From: Octopus sinensis
Taxonomy: Eukaryota
DNA length: 64,000 nucleotides
Assembly (NCBI RefSeq): GCF_006345805.1
Contig: NC_043015.1
Span: 46,934,001-46,998,000 of the forward strand
Reading direction: 5' to 3'
Shown: positions 11,695 through 24,418 of the stretch, piece by piece
Layout: every line of letters starts with the position of its first letter
Position numbering within the stretch: the first letter of the stretch is position 1
Program-made: the position numbers and the translations under genes
The notes under the pieces: model-generated
What the model saw: the letters and a program-made list of their open reading frames with translations, nothing else
Databases searched by the model: none
Told to the model about the DNA's origin: nothing

Positions 11695-11950
11695 TTTAGA
11701 TTAGGACTGGGAGATAACAGTTTGATCAAAGTAGCTGACCTCAGCTTCCACCATAGCCTCAATACAGCTCTGGAATGTGGCACATGGATTCCTCACTGAG
11801 TCCCTGAGATGATCTTTGAATACCTCCTTGATCTTGGCTACCAGATCAAGGAGTTTGGTATGTTCCTCAGCTATGAGGAAACTACCAACAGGAAAATATT
11901 CTACCTGTTTTATGCTCAAACTCACCAGGCTTGGCCTCTCACACCAACCT
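11695..11950 (-). mobile_element. Tc1/mariner (maT-like) transposase C-terminal relic
   Basis: ORF 11701..11925 HTKLLDLVAKIKEVFKD...CATFQSCIEAMVEAEVSYFD resembles the transposase C-terminal consensus (..C..F..RIEAV.EA.G.YF). It corresponds to the region just after the DD37D motif in the 43819..44181 ORF. Confidence 0.6.
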
Positions 11951-12829
11951 ACAATAGCATTCCAAAAATTAACAATTAGGTCATGAAAATCTCAAACCTA
12001 CAAAATAATGCCCGATTAATTCAAAAGCAATGCGAATACTAGAGGGTTAATATTAATGTAATATAATCATCATCATCATCATCATCATTTAACATCTGCT
12101 TTCTGTGCTAGCATGGGTGAATTCCTGAAGGTAATTTAATCAGATGCAAAACACAAATACATGTATATTTAGACATAGATAAATTCACACACATTCACTC
12201 TCCTTATATGCATGGCAGTATTAAACTCCCACGCACTTACACACCTATATACTAGCACTACAGCCCTATAATGTACTGAAATGACTGATAGACATTTACC
12301 TGTGCGTACAGCATACTGCTTGTGGATTGAATAACCTTTTCAAAGGGGTGAATCTGAACTATTATGTGCTTGATATCACAGTTTGAATGCTTATCTAACC
12401 CATATTTTATCTAGAATGGAGGGTATATTATCTGATATAGGATACTTCCGTTGTTTTGTTTTCTGCTTTTGATAACTCTCATCCTAGTAGGGCGTGTGGA
12501 AAATACATGGTGTTGCGATCTGTGGGAACATGACTTAATGCAGGCCCTTGCAAAATGGTATGGTGGAAAGTACTGCAGTATATGTCATAGCAGTGGGCAT
12601 TGTGGAAAATATAGCATGAAAGTTGTTGTTGTGACCCCCTTCGGTCACGAATGACCATGGGATTGCACCTAGAAAGTTACCCTCCGAAGCATAAGTCTGG
12701 GTAAGGTTATTTATGGAAGACCAGCAGTCGCCCACGCATACCAGCCTCCCCTCTCCATACCACATATGTTATCCAAGGGAAAGGCAAAGGGGCCGATACA
12801 GCTTGGCACCAGTGACATTGCAACTCATT

Positions 12830-13580
12830 TATTAATGTGCAAGTGGCTGAGCACTCCACAGACACGTGTACCCTTAAAGTAGTTCTCGAGGAGATTCAGC
12901 ATGACACAGGGCGTGACAAGGCTGGCCCTTTGAAATACAGATACAACAGAAACAGGAAGAAAGAGTGAGAGAAAGTTGTGGTGAAAGAGTACAGCAGGGA
13001 TCACCCCCCCCTGCCAGTGCCCTGTGGAGCTTGAGGTGTTTTCGCTCAATAAACACTCACAATGCCCGGTCTGGGAATCGAAACCACGATCCTATGACTG
13101 CGAGTCTGCTGCCCTAACCAGAGGGCCATTGTGGCTCCAGAGCATGAAAGTGGGTATTGTGGAAATGTGAAATGTTGGTGTGCATGGTGGAGATATGATG
13201 TAATCCTCTTGCAGTACCTTGAAAGATGTGACAGCCTGTTGTGTGTGCACATAGCAATATATATATATATATCACTGTCACCGTGACCGATCAGGCTATC
13301 AGATGTTGCTACACATCGCTGTTCACAATGCGCTTTGCATTGTTTTAGCCTTCAAATGATGCCACCCCGCTGGCTAAGCGGGCAGGCCAACAGAAGAAAG
13401 AGTGAGAGAAAGTTGTGACGAAAGAGTACAGCAGGGATCGCCACCACCCCCTGCCAGAGCCTCGTGGAGCTTCAGGTGTTTTTGCCCAATAAACACTCAC
13501 AACGCTCGGTCTGGGAATCGAAACCACGATCCTACGACCGTGAGTCCGCTGCCTTAACCACAGGGCCATTGCGCCTCCAC
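12830..13580 (-). mobile_element. Two tRNA-derived SINEs (family V head) with different 3' modules
   Basis: Shared head, reverse complement GGAGGCGCAATGGCC...GGTTTCGATTCCCAGACCGGGCGTTGTGAGTG, at ~12960-13140 and ~13395-13580. The tails at 12830-12960 and 13270-13395 are unrelated to each other. Confidence 0.7.
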
Positions 13581-13595
13581 ACACACACATATATA

Positions 13596-13991
13596 TCTTT
13601 ATATATAAAAGACAAGTTGTGTGTCTGTCTCCTACGATTTAGATTCCTAACTACTCCCACATTTTGTGATGCAGTTTAACCAAAACCGGGTAACTTATAA
13701 TCGTGATTCATATTGAGCCCTTCTGGGTATTAGCACGCGTTTACGATGAGTCTACGATTATAAAAATAATTTACCATCATTTTTTTCCATTTTAATGCAT
13801 TTTTTTCGCTATTATATAAGGGAAGTAACTCTCTAAAAATGTCTACGATGAGTCAACGATTTAAAAAAAAATTTACCATCATTTTTTTTCCATTTTTAAT
13901 GCATTCTTTTGCTATTTTTTGGCTATAACTCTAAAAATGCTTTATAGTTATTTCCCTTACAAACCCGAGCAACGCCAGGCGATACTGCTAG
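13596..13991 (+). mobile_element. Non-autonomous Helitron, family H1
   Basis: 5' TC(TTTATATATAAAA), 3' hairpin CCCGAGCAACGCCAGG then CTAG, inserted between A and T with no TSD. Sister copies at 42890 and 43292. Confidence 0.9.
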
Positions 13992-14570
13992 TATATGTTA
14001 AATTTAGAATTAAAGAATTAAGGTTTAGAAAGGAAGCATTAAATGCAGTATCCAAACCTTGTTTCAGAGTAAGTCCAAGGTAGTGCGCCTCCAGAGCACG
14101 TTCACCACTTGTGGCTACCAGGTATCATCAGTGATACTGTATATTCGTTGTTGGATCTATGTCTGGAATTCCCAGGTGCATGTAGGATATATTTTAAACA
14201 ATTAATAGGAAAGACAGAGTGTAATAAAGCTTCTAGTTATGCTCTGTCTTCCATATTAATAAATATATATATATATTTCTTTACTACCCACAAGGGGCTA
14301 AACACAGAGGGGACAAACAAGGACGGACAAAGGGATTAAGTCGATTACATCGACCCCAGTGCGTAACTGCTACTTAATTTATCGACCCCGAAAGGATGAA
14401 AGGCAAAGTCAACCTCGGCGGGATTTAAACTCGGAACGTAATGACAGACGAAATACTGCTACGAATTTCGCCCGGCGTGCTAATGTTTCTACCAGCTCGC
14501 CGCCTTCAATATATATATATATACTTATACACCTGCTTGTTCTTTCACCTGTCTTTGTTGTAAATTTGAA

Positions 14571-14610
<40 letters not shown>

Positions 14611-14682
14611 ACACATGTATACGTCTTTCAGTTGCTCTTTCTTTTAACTTATTTTCTTTCACCTTACTTTTCAGATAAATAA

Positions 14683-15045
14683 TGTCATCATCATCATCGT
14701 TTAGCGTCCGGTTTCCATGCTGGCATGGGTTGGATGGTTCAACTGGGGTCTGGGAAGCAAGAAGGCTGCACCAGGCCCAGTCTGATCCGGCAATGTTTCT
14801 ACGGCTGGATGCCCTTCCTAATGCCAACCACTCCATGAGTGTAGTGGGTGCTTTTTACGTGCCAGACGAGGCTGGCCACGATTGGATGGTGCTTTTTACG
14901 TGCCACCGGCATGGAGGCCAGTCGAGGCTGGCAACGGCCATGATCGGATGTTGCTTTTTATGTGCCACCAGCACGGAGGCCAGTCGAGGCTGGCAACGGC
15001 CATGATCGGATGGTGCTTTTTACGTGCCACTGGCACGGAGGCTAT
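14683..15045 (-). mobile_element. 5'-truncated RTE 3'UTR copy
   Basis: (CAT)n tail, GGATGCCCTTCCTAATGCCAACC core and several GTGCC...GGCAC units. Similar copies at 17878-18190, 33055-33530 and 59575-59760. Confidence 0.8.
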
Positions 15046-15129
15046 GCAGATGATTCAAAAGCCTCTCGGAGGATACAGAACCCTGGAGACATTATGCACC
15101 TGCAGAGGAGTTGGACACAATATACAAGT

Positions 15130-15430
15130 TTTGTTTCTTCTTGAGCCATGCCTGGCTCATAAGGGCCGGTTTCCCAGTTTCCTTGGCATATAGGTTCCCC
15201 ACCTGGACGTGATGCCGGTCCATTGCAGGTGAGCTGCAAGATGCAGGAGGAAAGAGTGAGAGAAAGTTGTGGCAAAAGAGTCGGCAGAAGTTCGCCATTA
15301 CCTTCTGCCGGAGCCGTGTGGAGCTTAGGTGTTTCGCTCATAAACACACACATCACCTGGTCCGAGATTCAAACCCGCGATCTCTCGACCACGAATCCAC
15401 TGCTCTAACCATTAAGCCATGTGCCTCCAC
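15130..15430 (-). mobile_element. SINE with family V head and a third 3' module
   Basis: Same head/body as 12960-13140; tail contains GCAATGGACCGGCATCACGTCCAGGTGGG (V-domain-like). A second copy lies at ~27760-28065. Confidence 0.7.
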
Positions 15431-15559
15431 AATATATAGAGGCAGGTTGAGGAAAATGATATGCAGTTTAATGCAGGAAAATTCCAACCCTCACAACCAA
15501 TGAAAAGCAGACAAGATATACTAGCCCAGGGGAGATTACAATCCCTGAAGCAAAATTAG

Positions 15560-15970
15560 TGCACTTATGAAGAAAGGCTGAAGACGCTCGACCTTTATTC
15601 TCTAGAAAAACAACGACACCGTGGTGATCTCATTCTTGCTCACAACATCATAAGCGGAAAGTGTAACCTCTCGAAAGAGCTGTTCTTCACTCCTGCTCCA
15701 GAGCGTCGGCTGTGGGGTCACTCCGAAAAGCTCTATCTACGACGATTTCATCTCAATTGAAGGAGAGGGGCTTTCTCCGTCCGGGTTACAGATCCATGGA
15801 ATAAGCTGCTGGACAAGATAGTGAAGATGCCGACAACCGCTCGGTTCAAAGTCTCTCTTGACCAGAAATGGCCTGAACTCTTTGCATGAACACCACCCTG
15901 TACATAACTCCATGTCCCCCTACATGGCCTTGCTTTTTGGTTTTTGAGCCAAAAAATTAACTTAACTTAA
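15560..15970 (+). mobile_element. CR1/L2-group LINE 3' fragment
   Basis: YEERLKTLDLYSLEK...GDLILAHNII... reading frame; reverse complement of 6606-7085. Confidence 0.85.
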
Positions 15971-16194
15971 TCTTGGCATTAATATGAATAACAGTTCATC
16001 TTTCCAGGTGCATATTAATAAATTGGCAATAAAATGCATTTGGTTGACCAGATGGATCCATTGAACTTTCAGAATGAAAGAACAGGAAACTCTCTCTGTT
16101 GCTGGCCCTCACCTTTTCCAAGTAAGGTAATATTTCCCCGTGACCAACCATGGTTTCACAGAAGAGTGGAATTCAAGGATACTACTCGCATGAG

Positions 16195-16600
16195 TGGTAG
16201 GCGCAGGAGAGGCTGTGTGGTAAGTAGCTTGTTCCGTGTTCAGTCCCACTGCGTGGCACCTTGGGCAAGTGTCTTCTGCTATAGCCTCGGGCCGACCAAA
16301 GCCTTGTGAGTGGATTTGGTAGATGGAAACTGAAAGAAGCCCGTCGTATATATGTATATATATATATATATATATACATATATATATGTATATATATATA
16401 TGTTTGTGTGTCTGTATTTGTCTCCCCAACATTGCTTGACAACCGATGCTGGTGCGTTTATGTCCCCGTTACTTAGCGGTTCGGCAAAAGAGACCGATAG
16501 AATAAGTACTGGGCTTACAAAAGAATAAATTCCGGGGCGGTGCTCCAGCATGGCCGCAGTCAAATGACTGAAACAAGTAAAAGAGTAAAGAGTAAAGAGT
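16195..16600 (+). mobile_element. SINE family C, full length
   Basis: GGCGCAGGAG head through GAAACAAGTAAAAGAGTAAAGAGT tail. Confidence 0.85.
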
Positions 16601-18271
16601 ATGACTGGAACAATCAGTTACAACTATCAAGCAATGTCCAAAGCAAGGAAGCAGAAATACACACACACTGACATGCATACCTACCCACACACACACACAC
16701 ACACACCAAGCTTCTTTCAGTTTCTTATTTCTTTATTGCCCACAAGGGGCTAAACATAGAGGGGACAAACAAGGACAGACAAAAGGATTAAGTTGATTAC
16801 ATAGACCCCAGTGCGTAACTGGTACTTAATTTATCGACCCTGAAAGGATGAAAGGCAAAGTCGACCTTGGCGGAATTTGAACTCTGCCAGATAAGACCGG
16901 AGCCTGGTGCAGCCTTCTGGCTTCCCAGATCCCCGGTCGAACCGTCCAACTCATGCTAGCATGGAGAACGGACGTTAAACAATGATGATGATGATGATGA
17001 TGAATGTAATGGCAGACGAAATACTGCTAAGCATTTCGCCCGGCGTGCTAACGTTTCTGTTTACCAAATCTACCCACAACACAGGAGATACAGTAGAAAA
17101 CATTTGGCCAAGGTGCCGTGCAGTAGGACTGAACCTTAGACCTTGAGGTTGGGAAGCAAAAATAAATTTCTCACCTCACAGCCAAACCTGCATTAAACTA
17201 TATTAAAATCATTTTTCATAAAAAAAAAAAATGATTGACTAACTCTAAAAAATAACTTCCTTCTAATAAGCACACTAAAACACTTTATTATCCCACAGCA
17301 CTCAAACATGACACCTCCTCATTGCCACCGCCGCCACCACCACCACCACCACCACTTGACTATTTGATATTATTGAATTTTAATCCATTTATTTCTAAAT
17401 CCCTTCACTGAGTGCTCTAGAATTATATAATCTTGTAGTACTAGAGATGATAAAGCACATTTGAGATTACCATGTATGTTACGAAAACTACATTTTGACA
17501 AATATTCTGCCTGGGTTAAAAAAAAACCAAAAACAGAAGAAGGCAACCCAGTCCTAACAGTTCCTTTGAAGTAACTGTTGCGGCATATGACAATATAGAA
17601 TTAAATGACAATCACATATTCTGGATGTACAAAGAAAGACGTTCACCTCATTAGACTTTGATTTCTAGAAGGATAGATTAGCTGTATCAAAATATGTTGT
17701 CAGATTTTAAACATAAAACTAAGACCTTATCAATGCTGTCTCTGTATTCAACTTAAAAATGACAGTCACACAAACCTAAAAAGGTCATTTAGTTACTAGT
17801 TATTTTTCTAAATTTAACCACAAACTTACATCAGTTTTTTTTTAGTAAACCTAATGAAACAAGATTCTACAACACACCAATCATCATCATCATCGTTTAG
17901 TGTCCACTTTCCATGCTAGCATGGGTTGGACGGTTCAACTGGGGTCTGGGAAGCCAGAAGGCTGCACCAGGCCCAGTCTGATCTGGCAATGTTTCTACGG
18001 CTGGATGCCCTTCCTAATGCCAACCACTCCATAAGTGTAGTGGGTGCTTTTTACGTGCCAGACGAGGCTGGCAAACGGCCACGATCGGATGGTACTTTTT
18101 ACGTGCCACCGGCACGGAGGCCAGGCAAAGCTGGCAAACGGCCACGATCGGATGGTGCTTTTTACGTGCCAATGGCATGGAGGCCAGTCAGGGATAGTTT
18201 TGAAAAATTTAGGAAATGCAGTCTCTTACTATGATAATGTTTTAGAGGTCAGAGGATTAAAAGATGAATAA

Positions 18272-19105
18272 ACTCTTTTACTCTTCTACTTGTTTCAGTC
18301 ATTTGACTGCAGCCATGCTGGAGCACCACCTTTAGTCAAGCAAATCGACCCCAGTACTTATTCTATCGGTCTCTTTTTGCCAAACCGCTAAGTTACAGGG
18401 ACGTAAACACACCAGCATCGGTTGTCAAGCTATGTTGGGGGGACAATCACAGACACACAAACATATACACAAACACACACATATATATATACATAGATAC
18501 GACGGGCTTCTTTCAGTTTCTGTCTACCAAATCCATTCACAAGGCTTTGGTTGGCCTGAGGCTATAGTAGAAGACACTTGCCCAAGGTGCCATGCACTGG
18601 GACTGAACCCGGAACCATGTGGTTGGTAAGGAAGCTACTTACCACACAGCCACTCCGACGTTGTATTTTAAGGAATACAAGTTAAGATGAAATTTAGTGT
18701 AAACATGTAGCGGGTGTTGTAAGAAATTTGCTTCTCAACCATATGGTTCTGGGTTCAGTCCCACTGCATGGCACCTTGGACAAGTTTCTTCTAGTATAGT
18801 CTCAGGCTGAGACTATAACTGTGAGTGGATTTGGTAGATGGAAGCTGAAAAAAACCCTCATTGGGTATGTGTCCATGCATGCATGTGTGTGTATTTGGGT
18901 CTATGTCTGTGTTCCTAACCCACTGCTTGACATCAAATGTTGGTTTGTTTACATCCCTGTAACTTAGTAATTCAGCAAAATAGACTGGTAGAATGCGTAC
19001 CAGGCTTTAAAAAAGTAAGCAATGGAGTCAATTCACTTGACAAAAATTCTTCAAGGCGGTGCCCCTACATGGGCACCACCCAATGACTGAAACATATAAA
19101 AGAGA
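18272..19105. mobile_element. Head-to-head inverted pair of SINE family C (18272-18657 minus, ~18700-19105 plus and diverged)
   Basis: Both copies carry the CORE-like and tail segments, in opposite orientation about 45 bp apart. Confidence 0.7.
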
Positions 19106-19147
19106 AAAGATAAAGGAGAGATTCAAACAGCATCACCATCTTTGACT

Positions 19148-19276
19148 TATACACCAAGATGAGTTTGAAGTAACAAAAATTCCATGGGAAATGCAACAGG
19201 ATTTGAACAGCATTTTTCCAAATCCTGTTGCATTTCCCATGGAATTTTTGTTCCTTCAAACTCATCTTGGTGTATA
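19148..19276. repeat. Near-perfect 58-bp inverted repeat with 13-nt loop
   Basis: 19148-19205 pairs with 19219-19276 with one mismatch. Confidence 0.9.
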
Positions 19277-19822
19277 TATCAACTTATCTTTAAGGGCTGT
19301 AAATTTTGATCTGAAATACTCCACTTGTGACCAGACGACCAGCCAGGCTATCAGATGTTACACTTCGCAGGTCACAATGCACTTCTGCATTGTTTAGCTT
19401 TGAAATGGCCCCATCCTGCTGGCAGGATGAGCAGGTCAACATGCCTCCCACTGATCAAAGTGTAAGCAATGTGAAGCAATGTGTTTTGCTGAAGAACACC
19501 ACACATCACCCAGTCAGTGAATCAAACACATGATCTAGTGATTATGAGTGTAACTTCCTAACCACGAGGTTACACACCTTCACATTCCACTTGTATGCCT
19601 GAAGATTTGGTACCTAGACTGCCAACTTCCAACAACAACAATACTGAAGTGTATTTGGCAAGTAAAAAGCACCCACTACACTCTTGGAGTGGTTGGTGTT
19701 AGGAAGGGCATCCAGCTGTAGAAACTCTGCCAGATCAAGACTGGAGCATTGTGCAGCCATCTGGTTTGCCAGTCCTCAGTCAAAACCGTTCAACCCATGC
19801 TAGCATGAAAAACAGACTTTAA

Positions 19823-19879
<57 letters not shown>

Positions 19880-20062
19880 ATCACTCACGACTTACTTATT
19901 TCAGTCATTGGAATGTGGCCATGCTGGGATACCTCTTGATGGGCTCTAACCAATCAAATTGATCTCGTACCTATCTTTTGTTAAGCCTGGTATTTAAATT
20001 ATCAGTCTCTTTTGCTAAACCGTTGTTTCAAAGATTGTGAACAAACCAATACCAAGTGAAGG

Positions 20063-20123
<61 letters not shown>

Positions 20124-20267
20124 TGTGATTGGTGTTTGGAAGGGCATCTAACTGTAAAAACCATGCCAAAACAGACACAGTAAACTGATGTAGTTTTCTG
20201 CCTGGCCAGCTTCTGTCAAACTGTCCAACCCATGCTAGCATGGAAGACAGATGTTAAATGATGATTT

Positions 20268-20301
<34 letters not shown>

Positions 20302-20397
20302 CGGGAAGCTTTATGAAAATAAACAAAAGACGAAGGCAGGTGGAATACAAACAAACAATTGTATTAGTATGGCGCTCAGGAATATAAATAAAACAAG

Positions 20398-20435
20398 TCT
20401 TTTACGTTTCGAGCCTATGCTCTTCAACAGAAAGA
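20398..20435 (-). ncRNA. Minimal hammerhead-like motif, A6U core, in a PLE terminal repeat (~20301-20480)
   Basis: UCUUU CUGUUGA A GAGC AUAG GCUC GAAA CG UA AAAGA. Confidence 0.7.
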
Positions 20436-20595
20436 TACACAAAAAAGAAACACAGAAAGAAACAAGGAGAGAAAAAAAAAATATATATATACTGGAGTAA
20501 GCACATAAATGTGAAAAAAGGTGCAAAAAAGAGTACTCAAATACTAGAGGTAGAGTAATATGCTTTATTTAAAAGCAGCAGAAATATAACAAAAG

Positions 20596-20633
20596 CTGTT
20601 ACTCAGAGTTTCACGTTCGCGTTCATCGGACAG
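20596..20633 (-). ncRNA. Minimal hammerhead-like motif, U4C core, in another PLE-type repeat (~20500-20645)
   Basis: CUGU CCGAUGA ACG CGAA CGU GAAA CUC U GAG UA ACAG. Confidence 0.6.
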
Positions 20634-20667
20634 TTTTAACAAAACTTTTAAATAAAGTATATAAATA

Positions 20668-20698
<31 letters not shown>

Positions 20699-21802
20699 AT
20701 ATATATGTATATATATATATATGTGTATATATATATGTATGTATGTATATATATGTGTGTGTGTGTGTGTGTGTATGTGTGTGTGTGTGTGTGTGTGTAT
20801 GTGTGTATATATATGTATGTATATATATATATGTTTGTGTGTGTGTGTGTGTATGACAGGCTTCCACCCAGTTTCTCTGTACCAAATTCACTCACAAGGT
20901 ATTATTGGTCAGCCTGGAGTGATGATAGAAGCCATTTGCTCAGGGCCCCAAGATGCTGTGCAGTGAGACCGAACCTGAAATCATGCAATTTCAAGGTGAG
21001 CTGCATACCTACACCTAAAAACACACAAGCAGATAAGACTCTGGGGGTAAAGGGATCCCAGGGGTGCAATGAATGTTTGAGATGTCAATGTTTACATCAG
21101 TTCATGTGCATGGCTATAGCTTTTATGGAGAGATGAGTTAAGTGATGTGTCTGCCAGGAGAGGCAGTGCCTATGGCCTTTGCAGACCATTCAAAACCACC
21201 ACTAAAAGTGATACCATTAACCCTTTTGTTACCATATTTCTGTTGAATCTCTCTCTCTCTCTCTCTCTAATTAACAACCACAAGACAATTATTAAAGAGA
21301 GAGACAAGTTGCTGGAAAATGTCGTTAATGACTGCTTCTGTTACTTTGGAGATATTGGGAGTGCAATAAGGTGATAACTAGCAGGGTCAGAAGAGCTGCT
21401 TTTTCTTGGGAACAGCACACCTTCCCAAGACTTGTGAGTAGATTTGGTAGAGGGAAACTGAAAGAAGCCAATCAAGTGTGTGTGTGTATGTGTGTGTGTG
21501 TGCATGCACGTGCGTATGTGTGTATGTCTTTGTGTCGTGACAAACAGTGTTGGTGTGTTTATGTCCCCTGTAACTTAGCAGTTTGGTAAAAGAGACTGGC
21601 AGAGTAAGTACCAAATTTTAAAAGATAAGTACTGGGGTCAACTCAAAGATCACAATAGATCACTGGAATGATAGAAATTGGGGGATTGAAGGTCTTGTTG
21701 AGTATAGGAGATAGCTCTGTGACACAATGCTTGAAAATTATGGAAGGGACACTTTCAGGCTTTGTTGGTTTGAAGTGAGCGGAGACATTTTCACACATAG
21801 CA

Positions 21803-22316
21803 TCTCTATATCTATAAACGGCAAAATGTCTGTGAATCTGTGTGTCTGTGTGTCCTTTATACAAATCTACAGTTTTTCACATAAAAGGCTTGCATTTTCT
21901 ACGGGCTTTCAAAACTGTCTGAGGGTGGTCGTGAAGATGTTTTCATTTCCCCAGTCACCTCAGAAAACCGTTAAAAAAATAAATCGATAAACCAACTCCT
22001 TATGTCCATAAGTTATTTTGCGGCCAAATTTGAGTTTTCTGCTTTCTTCTGCCTCCTTTTTTTGTCCGACTAATGGCATGTGCACAGTCCCGCTAATTTT
22101 CCACGATTATGCTGTTCCAGGTATGAAAACCGAAGTCCAATGAATATCAATTACTCTCATAAAAAGCCTCCAACTAGCTCATAAACAACAAAACTGGCCT
22201 GGGCTGAAATGTGATGAGAAACTTAGCTCTTGATTTAGTGAAAAAGTTTTACTGCAACCCAGCAACGAACAACAAGCACTAGCACTAGACCCGGCAATGC
22301 TAGGTCATAATGCTAG
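21803..22316 (+). mobile_element. Non-autonomous Helitron, family H2
   Basis: A|TCTCTATATCTATAAA 5' end; GACCCGGCAATGCTAGGTC hairpin at 22288-22306; CTAG|T 3' end. Confidence 0.8.
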
Positions 22317-23279
22317 TATGTATATAAAAGCTCTTTCCCAAGTCATATAGACTCACATAGTGCCAGTTTCCCAAGGGTCCTAGTCCATTGCAGGTACAAC
22401 TCATTTTTGCCAGCTGAGTGAACTGGAGTAACATGAAGTGAAGTGTTTTGCTCAAAAACACAATGCACTGCCTGGTCCAGGAATCGAAACCACAATCTTA
22501 CGAATATGAGTCCGAGACCGTAACCACTAAGCCATGCATCTCCATTGTTATATGTGTATAGAAGGTGATGGATTTGGAAGAGTCGAAGGGGGCTTGATTT
22601 GGAATGAGATTTGCCAAATTTATGCTGTACTGAGTTGGGTGCAAAGCATGTGGCAAAGAAGAAGGCTTCCTCTGCAGAGATTCTGCTCACAGAGACATCG
22701 CTGATATGAAGTCAAGTGAGACAGGTTTCTTATAAACATTCTTTTAGCTAAAGTCAGGAGGGTAAGTTGCAGTTTGGGAAGTGAAAAGCCTTCTAATTCA
22801 TTGTTTTCATGAGAAAAATAATGCATTTTTTTATTTCTATTCATCATGACACTTAAATACTACTCGTTAATAATTTTAGGTGGTTCTTTTATTTCTAGTC
22901 TTGTGAAAGTGAAAGCAATTATTTTATCAGAAATATGTTTTTTTAGGTCAAAACATGAAAATGGCTTCTCTAGCACAAATAAATAAAATAAATAAATAAA
23001 TAGCTGTTTTCAAGCGCTGAAAAATGGAAGTATTTTTCTCAAGAGTTAAAAGTCAAATACAATGAAGAATGACATAATTTCACAGAAAAAGTGAAAACCT
23101 GTCATTTATCTGCCGTTAATTATTCTCTCTTTTGTTTAACAAACAATATATTAGGTTGGGTAACAGTTGTGCTTTACTTGAAGTCATTAGAGAATGTGAT
23201 CAATATACAGGGTGTCTATAAAGTCTTTTTACAATTTAAAAAAATTATTACAAAAACAATTGATAAGATATCTTAATTA

Positions 23280-23465
23280 GGATCTTTTCGGTTTGAATGG
23301 CAGTTTTTTCTAGCGGTGTCATATGAAATTGTCACCCATAATTATGACCCTAGTATCAATCTATTGCATTTCAATCTGTTTTAGGGTTAGGGTTAGGGGT
23401 GGGGGAAGGGTATCTTTTGTTCTTCACAAATGTAAATAAACCCAATCTGTTTCTTAAATGAGGGA
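23280..23465 (+). mobile_element. Left half of the (TTAGGG)n-containing MITE
   Basis: GGATCTTTTCGGTTTGAATGGCAGTTTTT TIR and TTAGGG repeats; truncated where the HERO-like element begins. Confidence 0.8.
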
Positions 23466-24418
23466 AAAACCATAAGAAGTGTGGCCAGAATCTCCTGGAA
23501 AAAGACCATAGCAAGGGTCATTCCACAGTTGAATTGGAAGAGCCAAAAAATGTGATAGGTGTGAAGAAGCCAAAATTTAAGTGGCTGAAAGCAAATGGTG
23601 CAGTGAGCTATAAAAAATTTTGACGACGAGGTAGCAAGAATGACCACCAAATTCAAAGATGACAACGAGCAAAAGCTTGAGAACTTGGCTAATATAATCT
23701 ACAAGGAAGGGGAGAAAAGATTTGAACTTGAAACAACAGGGAATGTAGAATCATCGGCAAAGGGCAGACAATTGAGGGGAGAAAGACGGATCGCAAAGAT
23801 ATGAGAAGAGAAGGGTTAAAGCAGCTATATGAAGAGATAAAAAAGAAAAGAGGCATTGAGAACTACTCAGAAAAGAAAGAAGGATGAACAGAAGAAAGGA
23901 GAGAGAAAAGAACTACCGTAGTTTTGTAAACAACCCTTACAAATATGCGAAACATTTATTTACTGAAAGTAAAAGCAGAAGATTGAATTGCACGAAAGAG
24001 GAGCTCGAATGCCATCTTAAAGGGACAACGACTCTGACAGAAATAAAATACTCCCAGAAATGCACGGGCTGAAGAAAGCACCTGAACCAAGGGTACCATT
24101 CGATTCGAGTGACATCAGACGAAAAGAAATGGATGAGTTCATAAGAAAAGCAAGAGCAAAAAATTCACCAGGGAACGATGGAGTGAGCGACAAGGTATAT
24201 AAGTATTGCCCGAAATTACGTGTGCAGTTGTTTGCACTGATAAGAGAAATGTGGAAGAAGAAAGATGTAGCAGAGTGATGGTGTATAGCTGAAGGTATCT
24301 ATTTACCTGAAGAGAAAGATGCAAAAACACTAAGGCAATTCAGACCCATTTCAGTATTAAATACTGATGGGAAAATCATGTTTGGAATTATTGCTAGACA
24401 AATCATAAGATTCATACA

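Noticed and set aside
11701-11925. Host gene exon
   Set aside because: It is better explained as a Tc1/mariner C-terminus; there is no splice support.
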